A program made the position numbers and the translations under genes. The notes under the pieces are model-generated. The model was given only the letters and a program-made list of their open reading frames with translations. It did not search any database and was not told where the DNA came from. Positions 9,834 through 19,680 of a DNA stretch of 64,000 nt are shown one piece after another. The stretch spans positions 1-64,000 of the forward strand of contig CAYFXC010000001.1 of assembly GCA_964347045.1 (NCBI GenBank), given 5' to 3'. Origin of the DNA: an uncultured archaeon (GTDB lineage Archaea; Asgardarchaeota; Hermodarchaeia; Hermodarchaeales; Hermodarchaeaceae). Position 1 is the first letter of the stretch. Each line of letters opens with the position of its first letter.

Positions 9834-9998
9834 TGGTGCGGGGGCTGGGAATTTCCGCCATCTCTGATTACAAGAGCCGGCTTTTGAACCCAGGAACGCC
9901 TACACGACAGGGTTCTGAGCCCTGCGCCTTTAGCCCTTCAAAAGTGCCACTTGGAGTACCAAGAGCTTCGAAGATTGACCAAGCTTGGCTACCCCCGC
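9834..9998 (-). tRNA. tRNA-Leu(CAG) with two non-canonical introns (D-loop region: 9930-9974; 59/60: 9851-9882)
   Basis: GCGGGGG...CCCCCGC-A-CCA, long variable arm, CAG anticodon, BHB-like motifs at both inserts. Confidence 0.92.
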
Positions 9999-10382
9999 AG
10001 ATTTTGTTAAGGGGCAAAACTCCATTTCACCGTCGGAGCAAGATAAACCTTTGCCCCAATTTCATTCTATAATGGTATTAGTGTGAAAGCCAGAATCCAG
10101 CTTTTTAGATTGACCAAACTCTTACACCATTTTCCGAAACTTATTCACCAAGGAATTATCTTGAAGGTGTTCGGTCCCTGCATCATTGAAGAACACTACT
10201 CCGAAGAGCGGTAACCACGCACCTTAAGACAGGCGTTTTTGTCTCAGTCAACTAGCTTCGAATTGATTTAGATATTAGTAGACTATATGAACATCAAGAA
10301 GCTCCTGTAAAAAACGAGGGGATGTGTGCTATTTTAAGGTTCGAGATAAAGTTTTTCTCTTAATGAAAATATATGAGAGGCT

Positions 10383-11222
10383 GTGTCATCTTCTACACCT
10401 TCTGCGACTAGACGTTTATGGAGTCGAATCCTGAGAAATGCAGCGGCTTTAGCCCGATTGCGAGTTTTAGATTGTTTGAATCAGAGAACATGTCATGATA
10501 TAATTGGTACAGGCGCGGGTGGTGATCTCACAAAACGATTTGATTCTGTGGCAGAGCAAACCATGATTGCATACTTGGAGCCTTTGGTTGCATTTACTCT
10601 TGTGAGTGAAGAAGCAGGAATCAAACAAGTGGGATCCAACCCTAAGGGATTTCTCATCATGGACCCAATTGACGGGAGTGTAAATATTAGTCATAATATC
10701 TCGTTTGCATGTATTGCCATAGCCTATGCAGCGGAGTTGATGCTTGATGGATTAGAAGTAGCAGTTGTATTAGATCTCTTTTCAGGTAGTTGTTATCACG
10801 CTGTGCGGGGAGAAGGAGCTTTTAAAGATATGAAACGGATCCATCCTTCGGGCGAAAATCTTTTAGAAACTAGTCTCGTGGGGGTTGATGGAGACTTCCC
10901 TCCAAAATCACTTAGAATGGCTGCAAAGGGGACTAAAGTTCCAATCCGTTATACTCGGCATTTTGGGGCAAATGCATTAGAATTGTGTTTTGTGGCTGAT
11001 GGCTCCCTGGATGGATTCATTGATCTTCGGGGAAAATTTCGAGGAATCGATTTAGCAGCAGCAAGTTTAATTCTAAATGAAGCAGGCGCGGCCTTAATCG
11101 ATCAATACGGCGCTGCGGTTAAAGGAAAATGTACAAATGACGCGAGATATGCCTATATTGCAGCACGAGATGAACCTTTTGCTAAAAAACTCCTTGCCCT
11201 TGCTTCTAAGAACCTAGATTGA
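10383..11222 (+). CDS. Inositol monophosphatase/fructose-1,6-bisphosphatase family
   Basis: SEE, DPIDGS, RHFGANALELC, DLAAA motifs. Confidence 0.88.
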   Translation: MSSSTPSATRRLWSRILRNAAALARLRVLDCLNQRTCHDIIGTGAGGDLTKRFDSVAEQTMIAYLEPLVAFTLVSEEAGIKQVGSNPKGFLIMDPIDGSVNISHNISFACIAIAYAAELMLDGLEVAVVLDLFSGSCYHAVRGEGAFKDMKRIHPSGENLLETSLVGVDGDFPPKSLRMAAKGTKVPIRYTRHFGANALELCFVADGSLDGFIDLRGKFRGIDLAAASLILNEAGAALIDQYGAAVKGKCTNDARYAYIAARDEPFAKKLLALASKNLD

Positions 11223-11238
11223 GAGCAATAATGCTTAA

Positions 11239-11529
11239 TCAATCGTTTATCGTTTCGAGAATAGAAACCGCGTTCCAAATTCCTGTCCGAGCGTGACTGG
11301 GACAATTTGGATCAAGAGTTGCATCTCCAAGTCGAGAAATTGCGTTTGAAGCACGAACGGCGGCTGAACCCAGTTCACTGTGAAGCAATTCAATTGCCTC
11401 ATTGGCAGCTCTACGAATGTTCCTAGGAACAGTACTATCTTCGCCAATCTGCGATAGGATTATCGTGGCTTGTTCAATCTTCTGAATCGTTTCTTTGGAA
11501 AGCTCTTCTACTTTGTTTGGATCAGCCAT
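11239..11529 (-). CDS. UPF0147 family protein
   Basis: [23 protein letters not shown] motifs. Confidence 0.88.
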   Translation of the reverse strand: MADPNKVEELSKETIQKIEQATIILSQIGEDSTVPRNIRRAANEAIELLHSELGSAAVRASNAISRLGDATLDPNCPSHARTGIWNAVSILETIND

Positions 11530-11619
11530 AGGAATATCCCCTCGGGAATCTATTTTATGAGTTCGATTTGGAGATACCAAGATTACTTAAAAGCTTTTTT
11601 CACCGATATTAGAGATGTT

Positions 11620-11976
11620 ATGTCAGATGATAAGGTTACAAAACGGATGGGTCAGTTGCTTCGGAAGGGCGCGGCTTTACTAAATGTTGCGTGCCCCAAA
11701 TGTAACACACCCCTTCTCCGTTTACAAGATGGATCTATGTATTGTGCAAAGTGTGACAAGGAAGTTATAGAACAAAAATCAGTAATGCCCAGTGCAGATC
11801 AATATGTTACAAGTGGTGATCTATTGGATCAACTCGCATCAAAAGTTCTTATTAGCATTGAGAGTCTCATCCAATCATTTCCAGAAAAACCTCATACAGA
11901 AGAAATACGTGTATTTGCAAAAACGGTCAGGGATTTAATTGAGATACTAAAAGGAATTCAACAATTTCAGCGCTAA
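11620..11976 (+). CDS. UPF0148 / SSSCA1-like zinc-finger protein
   Basis: MGQLLRKGAALL..CPKCNTPL...YCAKC. Confidence 0.85.
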   Translation: MSDDKVTKRMGQLLRKGAALLNVACPKCNTPLLRLQDGSMYCAKCDKEVIEQKSVMPSADQYVTSGDLLDQLASKVLISIESLIQSFPEKPHTEEIRVFAKTVRDLIEILKGIQQFQR

Positions 11977-11983
11977 GAACTAC

Positions 11984-14275
11984 TCACTCTTCTGGCTCGT
12001 ATTGAGCATCTAAAGCGTCCCGAATCGTCTGGGCTTTAGTTTTACCAATTCCTTGAACTTCTGCCAGCTGTTCGATACTGGCATTGGTGAGTTCTGTAAT
12101 ACTCCCAAACTTGATTAAAAGGCGTTTAGCTAAAGTAGTATTTACCCCCGGAAGCCCGGCAACAATGAACTCTTGAAGCGTAGACATACTAAGAACAGGT
12201 TTTTTACCTCGTATACTCAAGGTCATTTTTCGTAAACTTTGCTCTTGCCGCGCAATAGCAAACATCAGCGCAGCTGCTTCCTCGGGAGATTTTACATTGA
12301 TAACTGGTACATTGAAACCTGTTAATGCTGCAGATATAGCCCCTCGAACGGCTGCAGGGTTGATACCACTTGAACCATAAAGACTTGGACCAGTTATAAG
12401 AAGGAGTGGAAGGGCAAAACTATCCTTGAGCGCGCCAAGTTGTTGAAATAGTCGTTTATCAATAATCGATTGAGCAAAATCATCTGCCGTTTTCGCTTCA
12501 ACAGCAACCCGATCTGAGAGTATAAAATCGGCTACTTCGAGGGTTTCAACCGTGATGCTAACTTCGAGCTCACTTAATGCCTTTGTAATTGCAGAACGGA
12601 GCTCGCGGTTATCCACGATGATTTTAATTTCATCTACCTCTTTAGATGAAGGCTCTTTGGTCTTTGAGCTCATGAAATCTTTCAAGGTTGATTGTTTTCG
12701 ATCACTTTCAATGTCTCGAGACATTTTTTTCATCTCCTTGAGTAAATCCTTCATTTTCGCTTCTCGGTGAATGGACGCCCAATAATAGCCTTGATCCCGT
12801 GTACCTAATGCAACCAAAACTATCACCCGACCAGGTTGGGTTCTGGCTGTACGTCCGCGCCGTTGAATTAAACGAACAGCACTGGGAACTGCTTCATAAA
12901 AAATAACTAAATCACATTCTTGAATATCCAAACCCTCTTCGCCAACGCTGGTAGCAACTAGGATATTGTAAGTGCCCTCTCGAAATAATTGGAGAATTTC
13001 ACCTTGTTCCTTCTGAGTTAATCCACGATCACCTGATCTGGTAGCCTGCCCTACAAATCGTATTGGACGAGAATTTGTTGATGACGTTAGTGTTGTTTCC
13101 AATAACTTGGCCGTATCACGAAATCTAGTAAAAATCATGATCCGTGAATCAGGTGAAATTACAAGTTGCCGTTCTACGATATTGATTAATTTATCAAGTT
13201 TTGGATGCTCCATACCTAAGGAAATTAGTTTCTGGACTTGGCTTTGAGCTTCTAACACATTAGAATCTTGAACAAGCCCTTTAACGGCCTTGGACGCTTT
13301 TCCACGTTTGGCTTCTTTTTGAAGTCCGTCGAAATATCGTTGTAAGGCACTCACTCCTTGAGTCTCTAATAATTCAACGCAATGATATAACCGGATTAAT
13401 GCAGCACAATGAGAAACTAATTGAAACAGTTGACTCGGAGGAGAAGTATCGTTTGAAATCTTATTTTGGATTTCCCGTTGAATTTGTAAAATTTGCCGAA
13501 CGGAAACATTGCGAGGATTACTTGAGTCAATGATCTCCGATTCTTTTAACGGAATAAGCCGCGCCTTAATGGCTTTTCGAAGGGCTTTCACAACATCGAG
13601 GAACACATCAGGTAATTTGATTTCAAGCCATTCAAAATCAATAGGAGGAAGATAGGGTGCAACGTCTGGGCTCTCACGGGTTCGGAGTTCAATGTTTTCG
13701 ATTCCAAGATTAGCAACAATTTCTCGGATTTTTTCAATTTCAGATCCTGGTGACGCTGTCAGCCCTAAAATTAGTGGTGATTCAACTTGTTTATGATATT
13801 TGCTGGCAATGAAGGTATATGCGTACTCGCCAACTGCCCGGTGGGCTTCATCAAAGACAACTAAAGAAACATCTTCAAGCGTATACCTTCCAGCTAACAA
13901 ATCATTTTGGAGGACCTGAGGGGTCATAAAAGCAATCTTGATTTGATTCCAATATTCATGGCGTTTTTTCGGAGCTACTTCGCCTGTGATTATTTTCATT
14001 TGATCTTCTGGAATCGTCATAAACTCATGAAAGGTTTTCAGATGTTGAAGCACAAGTGGTTTCGTTGGGGCAAGAACGATACATTTTGATGAAGGAATAT
14101 TATGTAATTGATATGCTGCGGCTAACACAGCAAGAACCGTTTTACCAACGCCGGTGGGAAGCACCACGAGGGTGTTCCATTTAATGGCCGTACCAATGAT
14201 AGTTTCTTGATAGAGTCTTTTACTGATTTTATGGGGTTTGATGAGCGGATGTTGAACATATTCCGGCTCTGTCAT
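11984..14275 (-). CDS. hef: Hef (FANCM-like) helicase-ERCC4 nuclease
   Basis: LPTGVGKT, DEAH, QRRGRTAR, ERCC4 domain (VDNRE...VEAK), C-terminal tandem HhH. Confidence 0.95.
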   Translation of the reverse strand: MTEPEYVQHPLIKPHKISKRLYQETIIGTAIKWNTLVVLPTGVGKTVLAVLAAAYQLHNIPSSKCIVLAPTKPLVLQHLKTFHEFMTIPEDQMKIITGEVAPKKRHEYWNQIKIAFMTPQVLQNDLLAGRYTLEDVSLVVFDEAHRAVGEYAYTFIASKYHKQVESPLILGLTASPGSEIEKIREIVANLGIENIELRTRESPDVAPYLPPIDFEWLEIKLPDVFLDVVKALRKAIKARLIPLKESEIIDSSNPRNVSVRQILQIQREIQNKISNDTSPPSQLFQLVSHCAALIRLYHCVELLETQGVSALQRYFDGLQKEAKRGKASKAVKGLVQDSNVLEAQSQVQKLISLGMEHPKLDKLINIVERQLVISPDSRIMIFTRFRDTAKLLETTLTSSTNSRPIRFVGQATRSGDRGLTQKEQGEILQLFREGTYNILVATSVGEEGLDIQECDLVIFYEAVPSAVRLIQRRGRTARTQPGRVIVLVALGTRDQGYYWASIHREAKMKDLLKEMKKMSRDIESDRKQSTLKDFMSSKTKEPSSKEVDEIKIIVDNRELRSAITKALSELEVSITVETLEVADFILSDRVAVEAKTADDFAQSIIDKRLFQQLGALKDSFALPLLLITGPSLYGSSGINPAAVRGAISAALTGFNVPVINVKSPEEAAALMFAIARQEQSLRKMTLSIRGKKPVLSMSTLQEFIVAGLPGVNTTLAKRLLIKFGSITELTNASIEQLAEVQGIGKTKAQTIRDALDAQYEPEE

Positions 14276-14384
14276 ATTAATCGCAGCACAATTTTTTAGT
14301 GTTATAGAGTATTTTTTTGTCTGAAATCACTTTATTACCCGCATTTATATTACACTATATTCCACGTCTTTATGAAGATGGAGT

Positions 14385-14726
14385 GTGTCCGTGATGTCAA
14401 AAACCGGTGTACCCTCAATGGCTGAGGCAGAAGTTTATGAATTACAGATGCCTGGTAATATTATTGGAAAAGAGGTAATCGATGGAAGCGCCCGTCGAAT
14501 CGGAATAGTCCGAAGCCTCAGAATCATGTTACCGCCTGGAAAAGTCGAGTTACAAGTCAAAGGTTTAGGTGTAGAACTTCCAGTAGATGTTTCTAACATT
14601 ACAGCGGTTGGTAATGTAATTCAACTATCGAACACTGTCAAAGAAGCCGAAGAGATTTCCATAGCAGATGTACAACGCCTACGAGAAGAAACGTGGAAAG
14701 AAGTTCAAGGACTTATCATTCGATAA
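14385..14726 (+). CDS. PRC-barrel domain protein
   Basis: IIGKEVID...IGIV...ITAVGNVI pattern; start uncertain. Confidence 0.75.
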   Translation: MSVMSKTGVPSMAEAEVYELQMPGNIIGKEVIDGSARRIGIVRSLRIMLPPGKVELQVKGLGVELPVDVSNITAVGNVIQLSNTVKEAEEISIADVQRLREETWKEVQGLIIR

Positions 14727-14795
14727 TCGAACATCATGCCGAAAATACCATAATTTTATCTTTTACTTTGAAAACCACTAAAACGGCAAAATACA

Positions 14796-16730
14796 ATGAG
14801 TGGAAAGAAAAAGCCATACTTAGGTCCACTTTTACTTGCTTGGTGTGATCACTGTAACGTTCCGTTAGTAAAGCGAGTCCGTTGTGGTCGATGTGGAGCT
14901 AAGACCAGATCCGTCCCAGTGACACCACCAGGTGATGCTCGTCCTGCTTTTAATACAGATCGAGATCGAATTATTGCCACAATTGCAGCCCAATACGGAA
15001 ATAGCGTTGCTCAACAATTTCTTCCCTCAGATAAAGTTGTCCTTTTGAATTCGATCCCAGATATTGATTGCTGTGAGGAAATTATTGTCGACGGACAAAT
15101 AATTGGATTACACCGATTTCGAATAGATACATTATCATGGGAATTTGTACCCAAAATGGAAGGCGCACGGCGACTAGTCAGGCTTTCCAATGCCAAACAA
15201 GTAGTAATTACGGATACAGCAGTGCCGTTCATTGTCAAAGGTGCGAATCTCCTTAGACCAGGAATTTCAACAGCTGATACATCGATTCAGCCTGGCGAAT
15301 TTGTAATTGGAGTTACTGAACAAGGAAAGGCGATTCTTGTAGGTACCGCCACAATGACCGGGCAAGAAATGCGAATAAAAGAGCGGGGTATGGCGATTAA
15401 AAAACAATACAAAGCTGAACCGCAAGAAGCCGATCTTTTACCAAATGGACAAACATGGGATACTGTCTTGGAAGCAAATGCCACTATTCTACAAGAAATT
15501 GAGAACGAAGCCATTGCGTTTGTAGAACAGGTGGCCCAGGAGTATACTCTACCTTTGGTCGTGGCTTTTTCTGGAGGAAAAGATAGCCTTGCAACGCTTT
15601 TATTGGTGAAAAAAGCTCTTTCCGACCAAGCATTTCATATAATATTCATTAATACGGGAATTGAATTTCCAGAGACCGTAGAAAACGTATATGCAACAGC
15701 CGCGCATTTTGGTCTAGAAAACCAGTTGCTAGTAAAAAATGTTGAAAAAGACCAATTTTTCCGGGTTCTGGATTTGTATGGATTTGTGGCCCGAGATTAT
15801 CGTGTCTGCTGCAAAACCGTTAAATTAGGACCGACTAGCCAACTCATTGACCAACATTTTCCTGAGGGATGTGTAAGTTTCATTGGCCAACGACGCTATG
15901 AATCGCATCGACGCTCCGCTAGCCGAAGAATATGGAATAATCCGTGGGTGCGAAAACAAATCGGAGCTAGCCCAATTCATAATTGGACAGCAATGATGAT
16001 ATGGCTCTATATTTTTCAAGAAAACGCAAGTTACAACCCGTTATATGAAAAGGGATTTGAAAGAATTGGATGCATGTTTTGCCCAGCCTCAAGTATGAAT
16101 GAGTTAGCAATTATTGCTGATCTTTGTCCTTCGGAATGGAAACGTTGGCAAAATAATGCTGAAAGAGTTGCAAAGAAATATGGTATGAGCAAAAAATGGT
16201 TGAATCATGGATTCTGGCGCTGGAAAAATCCTCCGCCCAAAATTCGAGAACTTGCGCAGAAACTGGAAATTGACCTGCTCTCATCAGACCCTAATCAAGC
16301 AAAAGAACAGCTATCTGTTATTATCGAACCCTCAGATTACCTCGAGAAAGGATTGATTTCAGGTAGATTCAGTAAACCAATTGACCTGATTCGAGCAGCA
16401 GCCTTTCTTCCTGCTTTGGGTGATATGGTTTTAGATTTAAATCGAAATCTGATTGAGGTTTCAATCCCAAAGAAAGATGAGCAAGTCAAAGTTCTTCTCT
16501 CCGAAAGTGGTCATTTTACATTTTCGAGCCCAGTTACAAAGAAAATTATGAATAAATTTACTCGAACGGTATTCCGTGGTGTACTTTGTACTGCTTGTGG
16601 AACCTGTCAGAGTCTTTGTGAAAATAATGCTATAACAATGGATACGAATCAAGCGAGAATTACTGAGAATCAGTGTATACAATGTGAAGAATGTCTTCGT
16701 GGAAAATGCCCCTCATTATATATGTCATAA
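14796..16730 (+). CDS. PAPS-reductase family protein with PUA and C-terminal 4Fe-4S domains
   Basis: N-terminal Zn finger, PUA (GANLLRPG), SGGKDS, ERIGCMFCP, two ferredoxin Cys motifs. Confidence 0.88.
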   Translation: MSGKKKPYLGPLLLAWCDHCNVPLVKRVRCGRCGAKTRSVPVTPPGDARPAFNTDRDRIIATIAAQYGNSVAQQFLPSDKVVLLNSIPDIDCCEEIIVDGQIIGLHRFRIDTLSWEFVPKMEGARRLVRLSNAKQVVITDTAVPFIVKGANLLRPGISTADTSIQPGEFVIGVTEQGKAILVGTATMTGQEMRIKERGMAIKKQYKAEPQEADLLPNGQTWDTVLEANATILQEIENEAIAFVEQVAQEYTLPLVVAFSGGKDSLATLLLVKKALSDQAFHIIFINTGIEFPETVENVYATAAHFGLENQLLVKNVEKDQFFRVLDLYGFVARDYRVCCKTVKLGPTSQLIDQHFPEGCVSFIGQRRYESHRRSASRRIWNNPWVRKQIGASPIHNWTAMMIWLYIFQENASYNPLYEKGFERIGCMFCPASSMNELAIIADLCPSEWKRWQNNAERVAKKYGMSKKWLNHGFWRWKNPPPKIRELAQKLEIDLLSSDPNQAKEQLSVIIEPSDYLEKGLISGRFSKPIDLIRAAAFLPALGDMVLDLNRNLIEVSIPKKDEQVKVLLSESGHFTFSSPVTKKIMNKFTRTVFRGVLCTACGTCQSLCENNAITMDTNQARITENQCIQCEECLRGKCPSLYMS

Positions 16731-16836
16731 AAATAGCCGATTCAAACCATCTTTGTTAATTGGTTGCAAGAAAAGCTTTTCAAGCTACACCTCAGATTGG
16801 TATTTCCCCTCTAGAATCCCTGATGAGCGATATATT

Positions 16837-18720
16837 ATGAGTGAAGATGTCCGAAGCACGATTTCGCTTTACAGACGACTCTTTAGTTTACCAACTGACC
16901 GAACTTTGGTTCTCATTATCGTGCTTGCGTCGATTCTGGTAGGCGGACTAACAGAGCTTCTCCGTTATCTTGGAGGCCCCCCAATTACCAGTATGGTCTT
17001 TTTAAGAGGCGCAATTCGTGGCTTGATAATTACAATTCCTGCGGCGTTGTTGACGCTCGTCGCTTTCCGTCTTGGTACCCGAAAAGGAACCATTTTGAAT
17101 TGGCATCGACTACTCGGAGTGATAACAACAGCTGTTGTAGTTCTTTTAGTCATATGGTTACTTTCTACTCTCATTGGATGGGCAATTGAGGTGATTTTCA
17201 AGTTTCAATATGGCCCTTTAGCAGGTGGAGGGATCGCAACAATGTTCTACCTCCGGAATCTGATTTTAGCGGCTGCATTTACGTCAGCCATTCTGCTCCT
17301 AATTGCATTAAGCACCAGCCGCGTTGGTGTTACATCCGGAGTCTTGCTTTCATTGGTCTTTCCCACATCTGCCATGGTTATGTACGTTTTAACCGAACCT
17401 GTTCCGACCCAATGGATTTTCCTTCTAATATATTTCCTCTGTGCTTTGATGTTTGTTAGTACTTCAGGAATTCTACTTACAGCAGTCGGTCGCCCATTGA
17501 AAAAAGCCTTCAAAGTTGATGGGATTCAAATGTTCCGCGGGTTTCTTGAGGTCTGGATGGAAGACAGAGCAGATCTCATGGAAGAGAGCCTCACGCAGAT
17601 AGGACAGGAGAAAAGCCTGCCTCTCTCGATTATGAAATTTACCACCCAAACCAGGAATCCGCTATTTGTAAATGTAATTCCAGGGGTACATCCTGGTCCT
17701 TTCAAAAACACTGGTAGTAGCGCACTGCCCACGCGAATTGGAGAATGGGGGCGAACAACGCTGAATTCAATCGCCTGTTCGCCACACAGTGCCTCCACCC
17801 ATGATTTGAATCTTGTCTCAAAGGAAGAAGTTGAACGATTCATGGGTATGATTCAAGCAGCGTATGAACAGACGAGACCAATCCAAGATGTAAGTCAGTT
17901 TTGCCGCGCAACTTCAGGTACAATACACGCCGGTTGCCAAGTATTTGGAGATACTGCGGTTCTTCTCTTTACTCGTTCGCCGATTGAAATGGATGACATT
18001 AGTTTAGCGGTGGCAGAGCAGATTACATCAGAATTGAAGCCACTCGTGAAACGGTGTATTATCATTGATACCCATAATTGCATGAGTGAACTCAAAGAAT
18101 CAGTATATGAAGACTCGAACTTAGTTCCTGATATGATCAAAGCTGCAAAAACTGCCACCCGTGAAGCAATAAAATCAACACGAGATAAACCACGGATAGG
18201 CGTCATACAAAGAAGGAAAACAGGTTTTTCCAAAGAGGAAGGAATGGGAGCTGAGGGGATTACCGTTTCGATTATTGAGGTAGCCGGTCAAAAGACAGCC
18301 TTTGTCCTTATCGACGGAAATAACATGATTATTGGATTGCGAGAAAAAATCGTCAATGCACTCGTTCCACAACATGTAGATGCGGCTGAAATAATGACTT
18401 CGGATACACACCAAACCACAGCGATTTCTTCATCAAACGGGTATAGTCCCATAGGGGAACAAATACCTCATGACGAACTGACTAACCTAATTGTTGAACT
18501 TGTAACCGAAGTCAGCACAAATCTTGAGCTTGGAACGGTTGCGCTTTATCAGGGCACCACCGACCCGCTAATGGTAATGGGCGAAGGAACCGTAGAGAAA
18601 TTAACAAGCCTTGTTCCCATTTCGGCAAGCGTAGCAAAAAAAGTTGGAATCACCGTCTATGCTGTTGCTTTCGTGATATCCCTCATCTTACTTCTCTTCA
18701 TCCTTCCCCTACCCTTGTGA
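16837..18720 (+). CDS. DUF2070 family membrane protein
   Basis: Multi-TM N-half; HPGPF, H-ASTHD-N, DTHN, DGNNM, TSDTH motifs. Confidence 0.85.
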   Translation: MSEDVRSTISLYRRLFSLPTDRTLVLIIVLASILVGGLTELLRYLGGPPITSMVFLRGAIRGLIITIPAALLTLVAFRLGTRKGTILNWHRLLGVITTAVVVLLVIWLLSTLIGWAIEVIFKFQYGPLAGGGIATMFYLRNLILAAAFTSAILLLIALSTSRVGVTSGVLLSLVFPTSAMVMYVLTEPVPTQWIFLLIYFLCALMFVSTSGILLTAVGRPLKKAFKVDGIQMFRGFLEVWMEDRADLMEESLTQIGQEKSLPLSIMKFTTQTRNPLFVNVIPGVHPGPFKNTGSSALPTRIGEWGRTTLNSIACSPHSASTHDLNLVSKEEVERFMGMIQAAYEQTRPIQDVSQFCRATSGTIHAGCQVFGDTAVLLFTRSPIEMDDISLAVAEQITSELKPLVKRCIIIDTHNCMSELKESVYEDSNLVPDMIKAAKTATREAIKSTRDKPRIGVIQRRKTGFSKEEGMGAEGITVSIIEVAGQKTAFVLIDGNNMIIGLREKIVNALVPQHVDAAEIMTSDTHQTTAISSSNGYSPIGEQIPHDELTNLIVELVTEVSTNLELGTVALYQGTTDPLMVMGEGTVEKLTSLVPISASVAKKVGITVYAVAFVISLILLLFILPLPL

Positions 18721-18791
18721 TACTAGCGTTTCATAATCCTTTTAGGATAAATGATGTTTTGTTACGATATCTAATATAGGCGGACTCAGTG

Positions 18792-19364
18792 ATGAAACTT
18801 TTCGAAATCCGATTTCATGGTCGCGGAGGCCAAGGAGCTGTAACCGGCGCAAAAATCTTAGGCGATGCGACGCGATTAGAAGACAAACACTTTCAAGCCT
18901 TTGCGCATTATGGTGCAGAAAGGCGTGGTGCTCCTGTTATGGCCTTCACTCGAGTGGCTGATGAGCCCATTCGTATTCATAGTTACATTTACGAACCAGA
19001 GGCAATCGTCGTTCTGGATGAAACACTAATCGATAATCCTGCTGTTCAGGAAGGCATCAAGGAGGGCACCTTTGTTATTATCAATAGCTCTCGGTCACCA
19101 CAAGATATCAAGCTTAAAGTGAAAGCAAAGATTTCTACTGTTGATGCCACAAAAATCGCTTTAGACGAGGGAATTTTAGTGGCTGGTATTGCTGTGGTGA
19201 ATACTATAATGTTAGGGGCTGTTGCCCGTGCCACAAATATCGCTTCAATTGAAAGCATAAAAAAGGCTATTCGAAAAGGTCTATCAAATCTTCCCGTGAA
19301 AGTTATCGAAACAAATGTTGAGGCTGCCCAACGCGCATATAATGAACTTAGATTGGAGAATTGA
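18792..19364 (+). CDS. porG: Pyruvate/2-oxoacid:ferredoxin oxidoreductase gamma subunit
   Basis: EIRFHGRGGQGAVT, YGAERRGAPV. Confidence 0.93.
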   Translation: MKLFEIRFHGRGGQGAVTGAKILGDATRLEDKHFQAFAHYGAERRGAPVMAFTRVADEPIRIHSYIYEPEAIVVLDETLIDNPAVQEGIKEGTFVIINSSRSPQDIKLKVKAKISTVDATKIALDEGILVAGIAVVNTIMLGAVARATNIASIESIKKAIRKGLSNLPVKVIETNVEAAQRAYNELRLEN

Positions 19365-19678
19365 GTATGACTCCCCTCAAGCGAGATCCACCAGAAAAAC
19401 GTATAACCTGTATCACCTACCCAGCAACCGGAGCTATGGGACGTACAGGAGATTGGCGGATATTTCGTCCAGTAGTAGATAACGAAAAGTGCACAGGATG
19501 CCAAACTTGCTGGATGTACTGTCCTGATGCAGCCATCACCATGGATGAAAATAACAAGCCTGTTATCAACCGCGAATATTGTAAAGGCTGTTTAATTTGT
19601 GAATCAGTTTGCCCAGTCAAAGCCATTATTCGTATACGCGAAACTGAGGTTGAAGATAAACAAAGTGAGGGAAACTAA
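19361..19678 (+). CDS. porD: Pyruvate/2-oxoacid:ferredoxin oxidoreductase delta subunit
   Basis: TGDWR..RP, two ferredoxin motifs, YCKGC. Confidence 0.93.
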   Translation: MSMTPLKRDPPEKRITCITYPATGAMGRTGDWRIFRPVVDNEKCTGCQTCWMYCPDAAITMDENNKPVINREYCKGCLICESVCPVKAIIRIRETEVEDKQSEGN

Positions 19679-19680
19679 CA

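Noticed and set aside
9655-10072. ORFs across the tRNA-Lys/Leu loci (likewise 41632..41817 and 55894..56108)
   Set aside because: They overlap well-formed tRNA genes.
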